From Opitutia bacterium (GTDB lineage Bacteria > Verrucomicrobiota > Verrucomicrobiia > Opitutales > Opitutaceae): 64,000 bases of DNA. The translations under genes were made by a program, and so were the position numbers. The DNA lies in assembly GCA_947478395.1 (NCBI GenBank), contig CANJVR010000002.1:64001-128000 (forward strand). The letters run 5' to 3'. Below are positions 29,563 through 40,049 of this stretch, piece by piece. Positions within the stretch are counted from its first letter, which is position 1; the number at the start of each line of letters is the position of its first letter. The notes under the pieces were generated by a model, which saw only the letters and a program-made list of their open reading frames with translations, was not told the DNA's origin and did no database searches.

Positions 29563-30039
29563 ATGGCCGCACAAAAAAAAGATGCCGTACGCTTCACGGA
29601 GATTCGCAACGCGAAGGCGTTTCGGGATTACACCGTCGACGAACGTTTTGAGGCCGGTGTGCAATTGCGCGGTACCGAGGTGAAGTCGATCCGGGCGGGA
29701 CGCGCGCAGATCACGGATGCGTTTGGCCGCGTCGAGCACGGCGAGCTGTGGATGCACAACGCGCACATCGAGGCGTACGCGTTTGGTAATATCAACAACC
29801 ACGATTCGAAACGCACCCGAAAGCTGCTCCTGCACAAACATCAACTGCGGAAAATTGCGCAGGCGCTCGACGCGGGCGGGCGCGCGCTGATTCCGTTGCG
29901 GATGTATTTCAAGGAGGCGCTGGTGAAAGTCGAAGTCGCGCTCTGCACCGGCAAACACCTTTACGACAAGCGCGACGATTTGAAACAAAAGGCCGAAATG
30001 CGTGAAGTGACTAAAGCCATGAAGATTCGACGCGGATGA
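29563..30039 (+). CDS. smpB: SsrA-binding protein
   Basis: 'EAGVQLRGTEVKSIR', 'RKLLLHK', 'GKHLYDKR'. Confidence 0.96.
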   Translation: MAAQKKDAVRFTEIRNAKAFRDYTVDERFEAGVQLRGTEVKSIRAGRAQITDAFGRVEHGELWMHNAHIEAYAFGNINNHDSKRTRKLLLHKHQLRKIAQALDAGGRALIPLRMYFKEALVKVEVALCTGKHLYDKRDDLKQKAEMREVTKAMKIRRG

Positions 30040-30965
30040 AACCGATCCTGAACGAGGTTACGGTGACCGTGCCCGGCAGTACCTCCAACTGCGGCGCGGG
30101 TTTCGATACGCTCGGGCTCGCGCTCAGCGTTTATAATCGCGTCACGCTTACGCGCGCCGCGACGGAGGCGAGCCCCCGACCCCAAACGGAAAGCGATGCT
30201 CGCGCCGCCAGGATGGTCGCGGACACGGCGGCGTCGTTTTTTCGTACCACGGGCCGGAACTTCGAAGGTTTTGTCTACGCGATTTCGGGTGATGTGCCGC
30301 CGGCTCGCGGGCTGGGATCGAGTGTGACGGTGATCGCGGGTATCCTCGCGGGGCTCGACGCCTTGCACGGCACCAATCTTTCAAAGCACGAACTCGTCCG
30401 CATCGCCACCGAACTGGAAGGTCATCCGGACAACGCGAGCGCGGGAATTCTCGGCGGATTTTGTGTGTCACGCTGCGATCCGACGAGCGGAGCATACCGC
30501 GATACGCTGCGCTTCGCGCTGCCGGCGACGCTGGCTTTCGTCGTCGTATCGCCGCGCCTGGAACTGCTCACGAAGGAGTCGCGTGGCGTGTTGCCGTCTA
30601 CGCTGCCGTATTTCGACGCGGTGAAGAGCATCAACAGCGCGACCTATTTCGTGGCGGCGATGGTCTCGGGCGACTACGCGCGGCTGCGCGACGCCGGCGG
30701 CGATTTCATGCACGAACCGTACCGCTTGCCAAAGATTCCGGGCGCGACTGCGGCTATTGCAGCCGGTGTGGCGTCGGGAGCGTTGACTGGCTGGCTCAGT
30801 GGCAGCGGATCGAGTGTACTGTGCTTGGCGGAACGCGGCGCGGCGCCGGTAGTCGCCAGCGCGATGACCGCGGCGTTCACGGCGGCCGGCATTCAAAGCG
30901 ACGCGAGAATCTTGTCGGCCGATAACGAAGGCCTGCGCCTAAGCGTCGGTCCGAACAAGCGATAA
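30036..30965 (+). CDS. thrB: Homoserine kinase
   Basis: 'VPGSTSNCGAGFDTLGLAL', GHMP motif 'PPARGLGSS', 'EGHPDN', 'SGSGS'. Confidence 0.93.
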   Translation: MKPILNEVTVTVPGSTSNCGAGFDTLGLALSVYNRVTLTRAATEASPRPQTESDARAARMVADTAASFFRTTGRNFEGFVYAISGDVPPARGLGSSVTVIAGILAGLDALHGTNLSKHELVRIATELEGHPDNASAGILGGFCVSRCDPTSGAYRDTLRFALPATLAFVVVSPRLELLTKESRGVLPSTLPYFDAVKSINSATYFVAAMVSGDYARLRDAGGDFMHEPYRLPKIPGATAAIAAGVASGALTGWLSGSGSSVLCLAERGAAPVVASAMTAAFTAAGIQSDARILSADNEGLRLSVGPNKR

Positions 30966-31029
30966 GCCGGCGCGCGGTCTCACGGGACTATAGTGATCCG
31001 GTTCGGCGATTGAGCCGAAAGCATCGGAA

Positions 31030-31488
31030 TTATCCGAGGGAGGCATCAGCCCCACCGGTCGTACGCCGCAGTCGCGGCGGATTAGCGCCGGGCCAGACGC
31101 GAATCACTTCTCTGGCCAGCTCGCGCCAGCCAAACGGTTTCGCCAAGCGGCTTTTCAAAGACGGGACCTGCCCGACTGCATCGTCGTAGTCCGGCATGTT
31201 ATCTCCCGTATTGAGTATGAAAGCGGCGTCGGGCAGCAGGGGCGTCGCTGCGCGGATAAATTCGAGGCCGTTGATTTTCGGCAAATGGTAGTCCGTCACC
31301 ACGACGCTGGGCTTGAGCAGCGGCAAAGCGGTGAGGGCGTCGACCGGGCGGTCGAACACGTGAACGGTGCACTCCAAGTTTTGAGTCAGGAGCTTTGCAA
31401 GCAGATCGGCGTAGAATTTTTCGTCGTCGACTATGGCCACGGTGGGGCAGTTATCGGTGCTCACGGTGTTTGGGGTTAACTGTCGCAA
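31030..31488 (-). CDS. Stand-alone response regulator (receiver domain)
   Basis: 'IVDDE', phospho-Asp 'VTDYHLPKING', 'AKPF'; start uncertain. Confidence 0.85.
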   Translation of the reverse strand: MRQLTPNTVSTDNCPTVAIVDDEKFYADLLAKLLTQNLECTVHVFDRPVDALTALPLLKPSVVVTDYHLPKINGLEFIRAATPLLPDAAFILNTGDNMPDYDDAVGQVPSLKSRLAKPFGWRELAREVIRVWPGANPPRLRRTTGGADASLG

Positions 31489-31562
31489 GTACTTTATTTA
31501 CATCATTAAACGCGGAATATGTGATACGCTTGCATAAGTATTTCGCGTTGGGAGAGTGGGAT

Positions 31563-32030
31563 ATGATTCACGTGGTCCTCTTTCAACCCGAAATTCCGCA
31601 GAACACGGGAAATATTGGCCGGATGTGTGCGCTCACCTGCTCGCGCCTGCACCTGATTCACCCGCTCGGTTTTGTGATCAACGACCGAAATTTGCGGCGC
31701 GCGGGCATGGATTATTGGAAGTCACTCGACGTGCACGAGCATGCCGATTGGCCGGCCTTTCGCGCGAGTCAGCAGGGGCCGAAACGTTTGTGGCTTTTTA
31801 CGACCAAAACGAACCGGAGTTTCTGGGACGTCGAGTTCGCCGATGGTGATGGTTTGGTTTTCGGCAACGAAGGTTCGGGCGCTCCCGCTTGGTTGCACGA
31901 AGAGATCGGCGAGCGGCAGCGCGCGACAATTCCGCATGCGAACGGCGCGTTGCGGTCGCTCAACCTCAGCACGGCGGCCGGGGTGGCGACGTACGAAGCG
32001 CTCCGACAGGTCGGATTGCTGAAACGCTAG
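31563..32030 (+). CDS. trmL: tRNA (cytidine(34)-2'-O)-methyltransferase
   Basis: 'PEIPQNTGNI', 'LRRAGMDYW', 'FGNE', 'RSLNLS', 'YEALRQ'. Confidence 0.94.
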   Translation: MIHVVLFQPEIPQNTGNIGRMCALTCSRLHLIHPLGFVINDRNLRRAGMDYWKSLDVHEHADWPAFRASQQGPKRLWLFTTKTNRSFWDVEFADGDGLVFGNEGSGAPAWLHEEIGERQRATIPHANGALRSLNLSTAAGVATYEALRQVGLLKR

Positions 32031-32164
32031 GGCGGTTGAAGCAAAACCGTAGCCGCTCACGACGTGGCGGCAGGCGTCCCTGCCGGCCGAAACTAGGACG
32101 CCGAAACCGGCAGGCGGAGACGCCGGCCGCTACACTAACGGGGACGGAAAAACTTAAACCACTC
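32027..32164. mobile_element. MITE-like repeat, copy G; its CTAG end overlaps the trmL stop codon
   Basis: CTAGGGCGGTTGAAGC...GTGGCGGCAGGCGTCCCTGCC...CCGCTAC...GGAAAAACTTAAACCACTC. Confidence 0.78.
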
Positions 32165-32174
32165 CCGGCCTCGC

Positions 32175-33482
32175 TCAACCGCCGGAACCCGTGCCGTTGC
32201 CGCCGCCGCGCGCGGCCTGATCGATCTTAACCACGAGCGTGGATTTCTTGAGATATTCAGGATCGATCTCGAGACCCATGCCGGGCGCGGTGGGTACTTG
32301 GAGTTTGCCGTCGGTGATTTGGAAATCGGGTTTGTACCACGTGGGCGTCTGCTGCGGCGCGCGCCAGGGATACTCCATATAGGGAGCCGCGTTTTTGGTG
32401 CAGGACGCGAATTGGACGATGTTCACTGACGTCGCACCGGTCTGCGTGTTGTGCGGAACGATGGTGCGGCCCATTTGCTCCGCGATGCGGGCGACGCGCT
32501 TCGCCCGGATGAGGCCGCCGTTGTAATTGATATCGGGTTGGACGATGGCCATGACGCCGTTCGCCAGCATCCAATGGAATTGCCAGAGGCTGTAGTTTTG
32601 TTCGCCGAAGGCGACGGGGATGCGCAAGGCCTTCGCGACCGCCTGCGTCTCGGACAACTCCTCGAAGGGGCACGGCTCCTCGAAGAAGTCGTAGTTCAAT
32701 TCCTCCATGAGCTTTCCGATGCGGATGCCGTTGGGGACATCGTACGAACCGTTGGCATCGGCGCGAAGGATAATTTTGTCGCCGAGTTTTTCACGCGCGC
32801 GCTTGAGCAGGGTTTCGGTGCGGCCCGGGTAGGTGTCGAGATTGCGGCTCATCCGTCCGCCGATTTTGAATTTAACGGCTTTCGCGCCTGTGGCCGGGAC
32901 GCCGCGTTCGTACACGGCCACTTCTTCCTCGGCCGAAAGGATGCGATCGGAGCCGGAGAGATATACCGGAATTTCTTTGCGGATAACGCCGCCGAGCAGG
33001 GCACCAACCGGCTTGTTCGCGATTTTTCCGAGCAGATCGAGAATGCTTTGCTCGGCGTAGGCGACTGGCGCCCAAAACGGAATACCGGCGAGTTTGTAGT
33101 TTTCGCGATAGACGACGTCGATGAGCGTCTCGATCTCGCGGGCATCTTTGCCGATGAAATGAGGCGCGACCAAGTGCTGGAAAATCGCCACGAAATCCTC
33201 GACCTGTTTCGTGCCGGTGATGCCTACCGCGCCGTCTTTCGAGCGCGTACGGACGAAGAAGTTGTTTCCGTTTTTCAGCATCTCCATCGACTCGATGATG
33301 ACCGGTGTGCTGATCTGCCCGGGCAAATTGAACATTGGCTGCTCCCAATCGCGGATCAACGGCTGCAAGTCGGACGCCGGCTTGGCGCCCGCGGGAGCAA
33401 CCGCCGCAAAGGAACGGGAGAACGAGGCCGCGAGAGCAGCGCTCCCAGTATATTTTAACCAGTTACGACGAGTGAGGGACAT
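32175..33482 (-). CDS. Tat-exported mandelate racemase/MLE family protein
   Basis: 'MSLTRRNWLK' twin-arginine signal; 'KFK', 'DAN', 'EEP', 'GEQ', 'PH', 'PGMG'. Confidence 0.87.
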   Translation of the reverse strand: MSLTRRNWLKYTGSAALAASFSRSFAAVAPAGAKPASDLQPLIRDWEQPMFNLPGQISTPVIIESMEMLKNGNNFFVRTRSKDGAVGITGTKQVEDFVAIFQHLVAPHFIGKDAREIETLIDVVYRENYKLAGIPFWAPVAYAEQSILDLLGKIANKPVGALLGGVIRKEIPVYLSGSDRILSAEEEVAVYERGVPATGAKAVKFKIGGRMSRNLDTYPGRTETLLKRAREKLGDKIILRADANGSYDVPNGIRIGKLMEELNYDFFEEPCPFEELSETQAVAKALRIPVAFGEQNYSLWQFHWMLANGVMAIVQPDINYNGGLIRAKRVARIAEQMGRTIVPHNTQTGATSVNIVQFASCTKNAAPYMEYPWRAPQQTPTWYKPDFQITDGKLQVPTAPGMGLEIDPEYLKKSTLVVKIDQAARGGGNGTGSGG

Positions 33483-33675
33483 GGGGGGGGTGGTGGGTTT
33501 AAGAGTTTCGGCTTAATCAGACGATTCAGCTGCGCCGGCTTTTAGCGAGCCTTAGACGGATCTGCGGTGTGACGACGGGTAGCGCTCGTATCGACAGGTC
33601 GGACACGGTCATGCGCAAATCGAAGAACACGTTCGCGGCCGAGAGAGGGTTGCGGCGAACAACCTGACTTGGCCG

Positions 33676-34659
33676 TCAGATTTCGGTGAGCCGCACGCAG
33701 GCGACTTCGCGGGTCGGGCCATCCGCGACGAGCGGGGGCACCGCAAGTTTGCATTTTTCCTGCGCGTAGAGGCAACGGGGGTGAAACGCGCAGCCAGCCG
33801 GCGGGTTGATGGGCGACGGAGGATCGCCGGCCAGGACGATGCGCTGGCGGGTCCGCTCGATTTCGGGATCGGGCACCGGAATCGCGCTCACGAGGGCGCG
33901 GGTGTACGGATGCCGCGGGCGGTCGATGACATCGGCGGCCGGCCCGAACTCGACGATTTTCCCGAGGTACATCACGGCTACGCGGTCCGAGATGTGTTTC
34001 ACTACCGAGAGATCGTGCGCGATGAAGATCAGCGTGAGGTTCATCTTGCGCGTGAGGTGCGCGAGGAGATTCAGGATTTGCGCCTGAATCGAAACATCGA
34101 GGGCGGAAACGGGCTCGTCCGCGACGATCACCTTGGGCTCGAGCGCAAGCGCCCGGGCGATGGCGATGCGCTGGCGTTGTCCGCCGGAAAATTCATGCGG
34201 ATATTTTTGCATGAACCGCGGGGCGAGTCCGACGAGCCGCATGAGTTCGGCCACGCGCGCCGGAATTTCTGCGGTCGGGCAAACGTGGTGCACCGCCAGC
34301 GGCTCAGCGAGCGTGGCGAAAACGGTCATGCGCGGATTGAGCGACGCGTAGGGATCTTGAAAAACCATCTGCAGGTCGCGGCGGGCCGCGAGGAGTTCGC
34401 GGGCGGAACTCGTGGCGAGGTTGCGGCCGTTGAGCACGACCGTGCCGCCGGTGGTTGGCACAAGTTGAAGGATGGTGCGCGCGAGCGTGGATTTGCCGCA
34501 CCCGGATTCGCCGACCAAACCGAGCACCTCGCCGCGACGAAGGCTGAGACTCACGCCGTCGACCGCCTTGACGGTGCCGACGTTACGCTTGAACAGAAAT
34601 CCCTGTTGGATGGGGAAGTGGGTTTTGACGTCGGTGAGCTGGAGAATGGGGTCGGACAT
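33676..34659 (-). CDS. Oligopeptide ABC transporter ATPase (OppF/DppF type)
   Basis: 'GESGCGKST', 'FSGGQRQR', 'ADEPVSALD', 'PPSP', C-terminal Cys cluster. Confidence 0.93.
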   Translation of the reverse strand: MSDPILQLTDVKTHFPIQQGFLFKRNVGTVKAVDGVSLSLRRGEVLGLVGESGCGKSTLARTILQLVPTTGGTVVLNGRNLATSSARELLAARRDLQMVFQDPYASLNPRMTVFATLAEPLAVHHVCPTAEIPARVAELMRLVGLAPRFMQKYPHEFSGGQRQRIAIARALALEPKVIVADEPVSALDVSIQAQILNLLAHLTRKMNLTLIFIAHDLSVVKHISDRVAVMYLGKIVEFGPAADVIDRPRHPYTRALVSAIPVPDPEIERTRQRIVLAGDPPSPINPPAGCAFHPRCLYAQEKCKLAVPPLVADGPTREVACVRLTEI

Positions 34660-34673
34660 TGTTTTGAAAGGCA

Positions 34674-34754
34674 GGAACGCTAATCTTCGCTGCTAAACGC
34701 TAGTTTCAGGAATGATCGGAAAGATGAGCGGCGAGCAGTGAAGATTAGCGTTCC
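34674..34754. repeat. 21-bp inverted repeat between the two ABC ATPase genes
   Basis: GGAACGCTAATCTTCGCTGCT (34674-34694) / AGCAGTGAAGATTAGCGTTCC (34734-34754), 1 mismatch. Confidence 0.8.
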
Positions 34755-34759
34755 AAGGT

Positions 34760-35734
<975 letters not shown>

Positions 35735-35768
35735 GTGCGGAATTGGAGGTACGGGGAAAACGAAAGGC

Positions 35769-37676
35769 TTAGCTTGCCGGGCCAATTGGCAAGTCGCGGA
35801 CCGCCGCGGCCACGGTCTCCGGAGAAACCTCGCTGAGCGGCGCGCCGCCTGTGGCGGGACAGCCCGGAGGTTGGAGCAGGGTGAAAGGCGTGGAAAAAAA
35901 CGGACCGGTACGAATGGGATTGGTGGGACCGAAGAGCGCGACGAGGGGTACGCCGAGGGCGTTGGCGAGGTGCATTCCGCCCGTGTCGTTGGTGACAAGC
36001 AGGCGGCACGTTCTCAGCCGGGCCGCATAGGAAACGAGGTCGGTGCGGCCGGCGAGGTTTTCCACGCGTCCGGCCTCGTGCCCGGCGGCGATCGCGGTAG
36101 TCAGCGGCTGGTCGTTCGCGGTGCCGAATAGTACAAAGCGTTCGCGGGGAAAGGCGTCGATCAGCGCGCGCCAGTGGGCGACGGGCCAACGTTTTTCCGG
36201 ATTATTTTCCGACCCGGCGATCAGCCCGATCGGCGCCGTGGATGGCGCCCGCGACTCGAGGACGGGAAAGAGCGGCCTGCGATCCAGCGGAGTACTGAGC
36301 CCGAAGTGGCGCAGCATGCCTTCCCAGATTTCAATTTGGTGATGCGTGCGCTCGTCGAAAGCCGAAGGCAGCGCAAAGACGTGGCTGAGTAACGGCCGGG
36401 ATTTTCCCGGACGGCGCACGCCGAAGCGTTGCGGTGTGCGCGTCAGCCACGCCTCCATGTCGCCCCGGCTGGAGTTAGTTAGGAGCAGGTAAACATCGGG
36501 GTAGGCGTGGCGCTGCCGCCAAAAATGAAAAAAATAACCTAAACCGCGCGCCGGGATCGGATGCAGAACGTCGGCGACGCTCCACGCTTCCAGCAGCGGA
36601 AGAAACGCCGGTTTCGCGACGAGCGTGATTTCCAGATCGGGCCGACCCGCGCGCAACGCGCGGAAGAGGGGAAGGGCCATGACCACGTCACCGAGCCAGT
36701 TGGGCATTCTAATCCACAGTCGCGTCCGGCGCGGCGGCGCAGCGAGGCCGCGCGCGGCGAGATCGGGTGCGAGCAAATCGCGTTTGGTCTCCAGGCGAAA
36801 ACGTTTCGACGGCAGGTCTTGGTGCCGCCAGCGGTCGTGCGACCAGAGCCAGGACGCGCTGAGATTTTCGTTTTCACGGAGTAGACCTTCCAGCCAGCGG
36901 TTCAACGCGAGGGTGACTCCGGTCGTGGTGGCGTCATGGGCGATCGGCGTCGCCCCGATTTCTATCCGCCAAAATGCGGTGCGCAGCGGGAAGATTCCGT
37001 AAACGCGCGCGTTGAACTTTTCCGCCATCAGGCCGGGCAACTCGGTTGTCGAACACACCCGATCAAAGAGCGTGGTTAAAGCGCCCTGCATGCCCGCGTT
37101 TTGGTCGAAGAGCAGCCCAACGAAGCCTTGGCGGCGGAGAATTTTCAACGCCTCGGCGAAGCCCTCTTTGCGCGAAAGCAGCTTCATGCCGAATCGCTCG
37201 CGCGAGCGAACGACGAACGCGTTGGCGGCGGGATTGTCCAGCGGGCGGAAAACGATGCCGAATTCCGGAAACGGCGCCGGGACGACGAGCGGCATCGCGG
37301 TCTGTACTTCCCAATAGGCAATGTGCGGCGAACAAATCAGCGTGGCGGCGGGGTCGGTGCGCTGTCGGGCCAAGGCTTCCAGCAGCGCGGGGGACGCGGC
37401 GACAATCGTGCGCAGACGGTGCTCGCTGAGGTAAGGCGTCGCGAGGGAAAGCAGCCCTGTCTCGATCAGGCGCTGAAAGGAGCGGCGTGCGATGGTGCGG
37501 TGCCAATCGCGGGATTTTTCGGGAAACGCGTGATGGAGATTGGCCAGCGCGAGCCGCCGACGGCGCGGGACCAACGCGAAAATCGTGGCGCCGGTCAGAT
37601 TCGCGATACCCCGCAGCAGGAGCTCAGGCGTGTGGGCGATGAGCCAGCCGAGGATTTTGATGAACAGAAGAAGCAC
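35769..37676 (-). CDS. Fused LpxL/HtrB-like lipid A acyltransferase and GT9 heptosyltransferase-like protein
   Basis: N half: 'ANLHHAFPE', H-x4-E 'HIAYWE', 'LLFDQ', 'WLWSHDRW'; C half: 'PNWLGDVVMALP', 'KRWP', 'NDTGGMHLA', 'LFGPT'. Confidence 0.85.
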   Translation of the reverse strand: MLLLFIKILGWLIAHTPELLLRGIANLTGATIFALVPRRRRLALANLHHAFPEKSRDWHRTIARRSFQRLIETGLLSLATPYLSEHRLRTIVAASPALLEALARQRTDPAATLICSPHIAYWEVQTAMPLVVPAPFPEFGIVFRPLDNPAANAFVVRSRERFGMKLLSRKEGFAEALKILRRQGFVGLLFDQNAGMQGALTTLFDRVCSTTELPGLMAEKFNARVYGIFPLRTAFWRIEIGATPIAHDATTTGVTLALNRWLEGLLRENENLSASWLWSHDRWRHQDLPSKRFRLETKRDLLAPDLAARGLAAPPRRTRLWIRMPNWLGDVVMALPLFRALRAGRPDLEITLVAKPAFLPLLEAWSVADVLHPIPARGLGYFFHFWRQRHAYPDVYLLLTNSSRGDMEAWLTRTPQRFGVRRPGKSRPLLSHVFALPSAFDERTHHQIEIWEGMLRHFGLSTPLDRRPLFPVLESRAPSTAPIGLIAGSENNPEKRWPVAHWRALIDAFPRERFVLFGTANDQPLTTAIAAGHEAGRVENLAGRTDLVSYAARLRTCRLLVTNDTGGMHLANALGVPLVALFGPTNPIRTGPFFSTPFTLLQPPGCPATGGAPLSEVSPETVAAAVRDLPIGPAS

Positions 37677-37771
37677 GCGCGGGATTTGGCTTTGATTTTC
37701 CGGAGAAAAGCCATGAAACGTAACGCTCGCGCGGTTAAAAGCAGATTCTCCGTCGGCCCGCCGCGTTTTTC

Positions 37772-38731
37772 ATGACCGAACTCCTCATTATCAAGCCCTC
37801 TTCGCTGGGGGATATCGTGCACGGCCTGCAGGTCGCCACGTCGCTGAAGGCGCAATGCGAGGACCTGCGGATTTCGTGGATTGTGCGGGATGTGTTCGCG
37901 CCGCTGGTGCGCGCGTGCACCGCGGTTGACCAGACTTATCTGTTTGAACGCGGAGGCGGCGCGAAGTCGTTTTTGAAGCTGATGCGGGAGGTGCGGAAGA
38001 CCAAATTCGATTACGTTTTCGATCTGCAGGGATTATTGCGTACCGGGCTCATGACGTCGCGGACGCTGGCTAAACACAAAGTCGGCCGGACCGATGCGCG
38101 CGAAATGGCCGGCGTTTTCTATCAACAAAAGGTACCGCTTCCTCCCGATGGCCGGCGCAGTCACGCGCTCGATATTCTGCTGCAATTCTGTCCCGTGCTG
38201 GGCGCGAAAGCCGAACTGCGCGGCTCGTTGAAGTTCCGCGAAGTGGAAAGCCTTAACCTGAAATTCGTCGATGGCCGCAGCGGCGCGAAACCAATCCTGA
38301 TGTTTCCCGATAGCCGGCGCGCGGAGAAACGCTGGGGCGGATTTAAGCAGTTTACCGAGATTTTGCTGCGGGAGGATCGCTCGCGAAAGGTCGTCTGGGC
38401 GGGTAATAATTATCTGCCGGATCGCAGCGCGTTTCCGCCCTCGCAGTTTTTGAACCTGACGGGCAACACCAGTCTCGTGTCGCTGCCGGCGTTGATCCGG
38501 CGCGCGGAGTGGGTGATCACCAACGATAGCGGTCCGATGCATTTGGCGGCGGCGCTGGGGATGCGGACGTTTGGCATTTTCGGTCCGACGGACCCGCGCC
38601 TGTTTGGTCCCTATCCGCTGAACGCCCCGTCCAATTTCGTGGTGCAAGCGCCGGTGGGTGATTTGAAATTGCTGCCGGCCAAAGAAGTCTACGCTCGTTT
38701 TCAGCGCGCGCGGGCTCGTTTCGAAAAATAA
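37772..38731 (+). CDS. GT9 LPS heptosyltransferase (WaaC-like)
   Basis: 'KPSSLGDIVH', 'DLQGLLR', 'KRW', 'NDSGPMHLA', 'IFGPT'. Confidence 0.9.
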   Translation: MTELLIIKPSSLGDIVHGLQVATSLKAQCEDLRISWIVRDVFAPLVRACTAVDQTYLFERGGGAKSFLKLMREVRKTKFDYVFDLQGLLRTGLMTSRTLAKHKVGRTDAREMAGVFYQQKVPLPPDGRRSHALDILLQFCPVLGAKAELRGSLKFREVESLNLKFVDGRSGAKPILMFPDSRRAEKRWGGFKQFTEILLREDRSRKVVWAGNNYLPDRSAFPPSQFLNLTGNTSLVSLPALIRRAEWVITNDSGPMHLAAALGMRTFGIFGPTDPRLFGPYPLNAPSNFVVQAPVGDLKLLPAKEVYARFQRARARFEK

Positions 38732-38749
38732 GTTCAGTCCTTTTTTCTC

Positions 38750-40018
38750 ATGCTCGATCCCAAGCTCATCCGCGAAACGCCCGATCTCGTTCGGGCGGCG
38801 CTCGCCAAGAAACATCTCACGGTCGATCTCGACGCGGTCCTCGCGACCGATGCTGCTTGGCGCGCGCAGATGCAGGAGGTCGAGCTTCTGCGTTCGACGC
38901 AGAAGGCCGCGAACACGGCGATGGCCGCGTTGCCGAAAGGCACTCCTGAGTTCATCGCGAAGGTTCAGGAAATGAAGGCCGTCTCGGCCCAGGTGAAAGA
39001 GCGCGAAGTGCATCTGAAAGAGACCGAGGAAAAATTTCGCACGGCGATGCTCTCACTCCCGAACCTGCCGCACGCGAGCGTGCCGGAGGGCCGCACGCCG
39101 GAGGAAAATGTGGTCTTCGCTTCGCACGGAGCGCACGACGAACCGCGGCCGCATGCTCTGCCGCACTGGGAAATTCCGGGCTTTGACCGGCTGTTCGATT
39201 TCGCGCGCGGGGCGAAGGTGACGGGCGCAGGGTTTCCTTTCTACGTCGGCGACGGCGCACGCATCGTGCGGGCGCTGCTCCATTTCTTTTTAGATGAAAA
39301 TGCCAAGGCCGGATACGTCGAGGTCGCGCCGCCGATCTTCGTCAACGCCGCCAGCGCCACGGCGACCGGGCAATTGCCGGACAAGGAGGGCCAAATGTAC
39401 GAGACGGCCGACCCGCTCTACGCCGTCCCGACCGCCGAAGTGCCGCTCACGAATTTTTTCCGCGACGAGATCATCGATGAGGCTGCGTTACCAATTTACC
39501 GCTGTGCGTACACCCCTTGTTTCCGACGTGAGGCGGGCAGCTATGGTAAGGATGTGCGCGGGTTAAACCGTTTGCATCAGTTCGACAAGGTGGAGCTCTT
39601 GAAATGGGTGCATCCCGCCACGAGCTACGATGAGCTCGACCGGCTGCGCCTCGACGCGGAGAGCCTGCTCAAAAAATTGGAATTGCCGTACCGCGTGCTC
39701 CTCATGTGCGGTGGCGATCTCGGGTTCGCTCAGTCGAAGAAATACGATCTGGAAGTGTGGTCCGCCGGACAAAAGCGTTGGTTGGAAGTGTCGAGTTGCT
39801 CAAACTTTGAAGCCTTTCAAGCCCGCCGGGCTCAGATCCGCTTTCGCTCGAAGGAAAGCGGCAAGCCTGAGCTCGTGCATACCATCAACGGCTCAGGCTT
39901 GGCGGTGCCGCGGGTGCTGGCGGCGTTGTTGGAAAATAATTTGCAGCCGGACGGTCGCGTCAAAATTCCGGCCGCGTTGCTGCCGTATTTTGGGCGGGAG
40001 TTTTTAAGTTTCACATGA
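38750..40018 (+). CDS. serS: Serine--tRNA ligase
   Basis: 'PTAEVPLTN', 'CFRREAGSYG', 'RLHQFDKVE', 'EVSSCSN', 'NGSGLA'. Confidence 0.97.
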   Translation: MLDPKLIRETPDLVRAALAKKHLTVDLDAVLATDAAWRAQMQEVELLRSTQKAANTAMAALPKGTPEFIAKVQEMKAVSAQVKEREVHLKETEEKFRTAMLSLPNLPHASVPEGRTPEENVVFASHGAHDEPRPHALPHWEIPGFDRLFDFARGAKVTGAGFPFYVGDGARIVRALLHFFLDENAKAGYVEVAPPIFVNAASATATGQLPDKEGQMYETADPLYAVPTAEVPLTNFFRDEIIDEAALPIYRCAYTPCFRREAGSYGKDVRGLNRLHQFDKVELLKWVHPATSYDELDRLRLDAESLLKKLELPYRVLLMCGGDLGFAQSKKYDLEVWSAGQKRWLEVSSCSNFEAFQARRAQIRFRSKESGKPELVHTINGSGLAVPRVLAALLENNLQPDGRVKIPAALLPYFGREFLSFT

Positions 40019-40049
40019 GTGCTTTTTGGGAGCGCGGGCGTCGCGCCCG

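Noticed and set aside
29563..30039. tmRNA near smpB
   Set aside because: No GGGG..TCCACCA tRNA-like ends in the adjacent intergenic DNA
31517..31536. CRP-like site TGTGA-N6-TGCAT between the response regulator and trmL
   Set aside because: Second half-site is poor and a single instance cannot be supported
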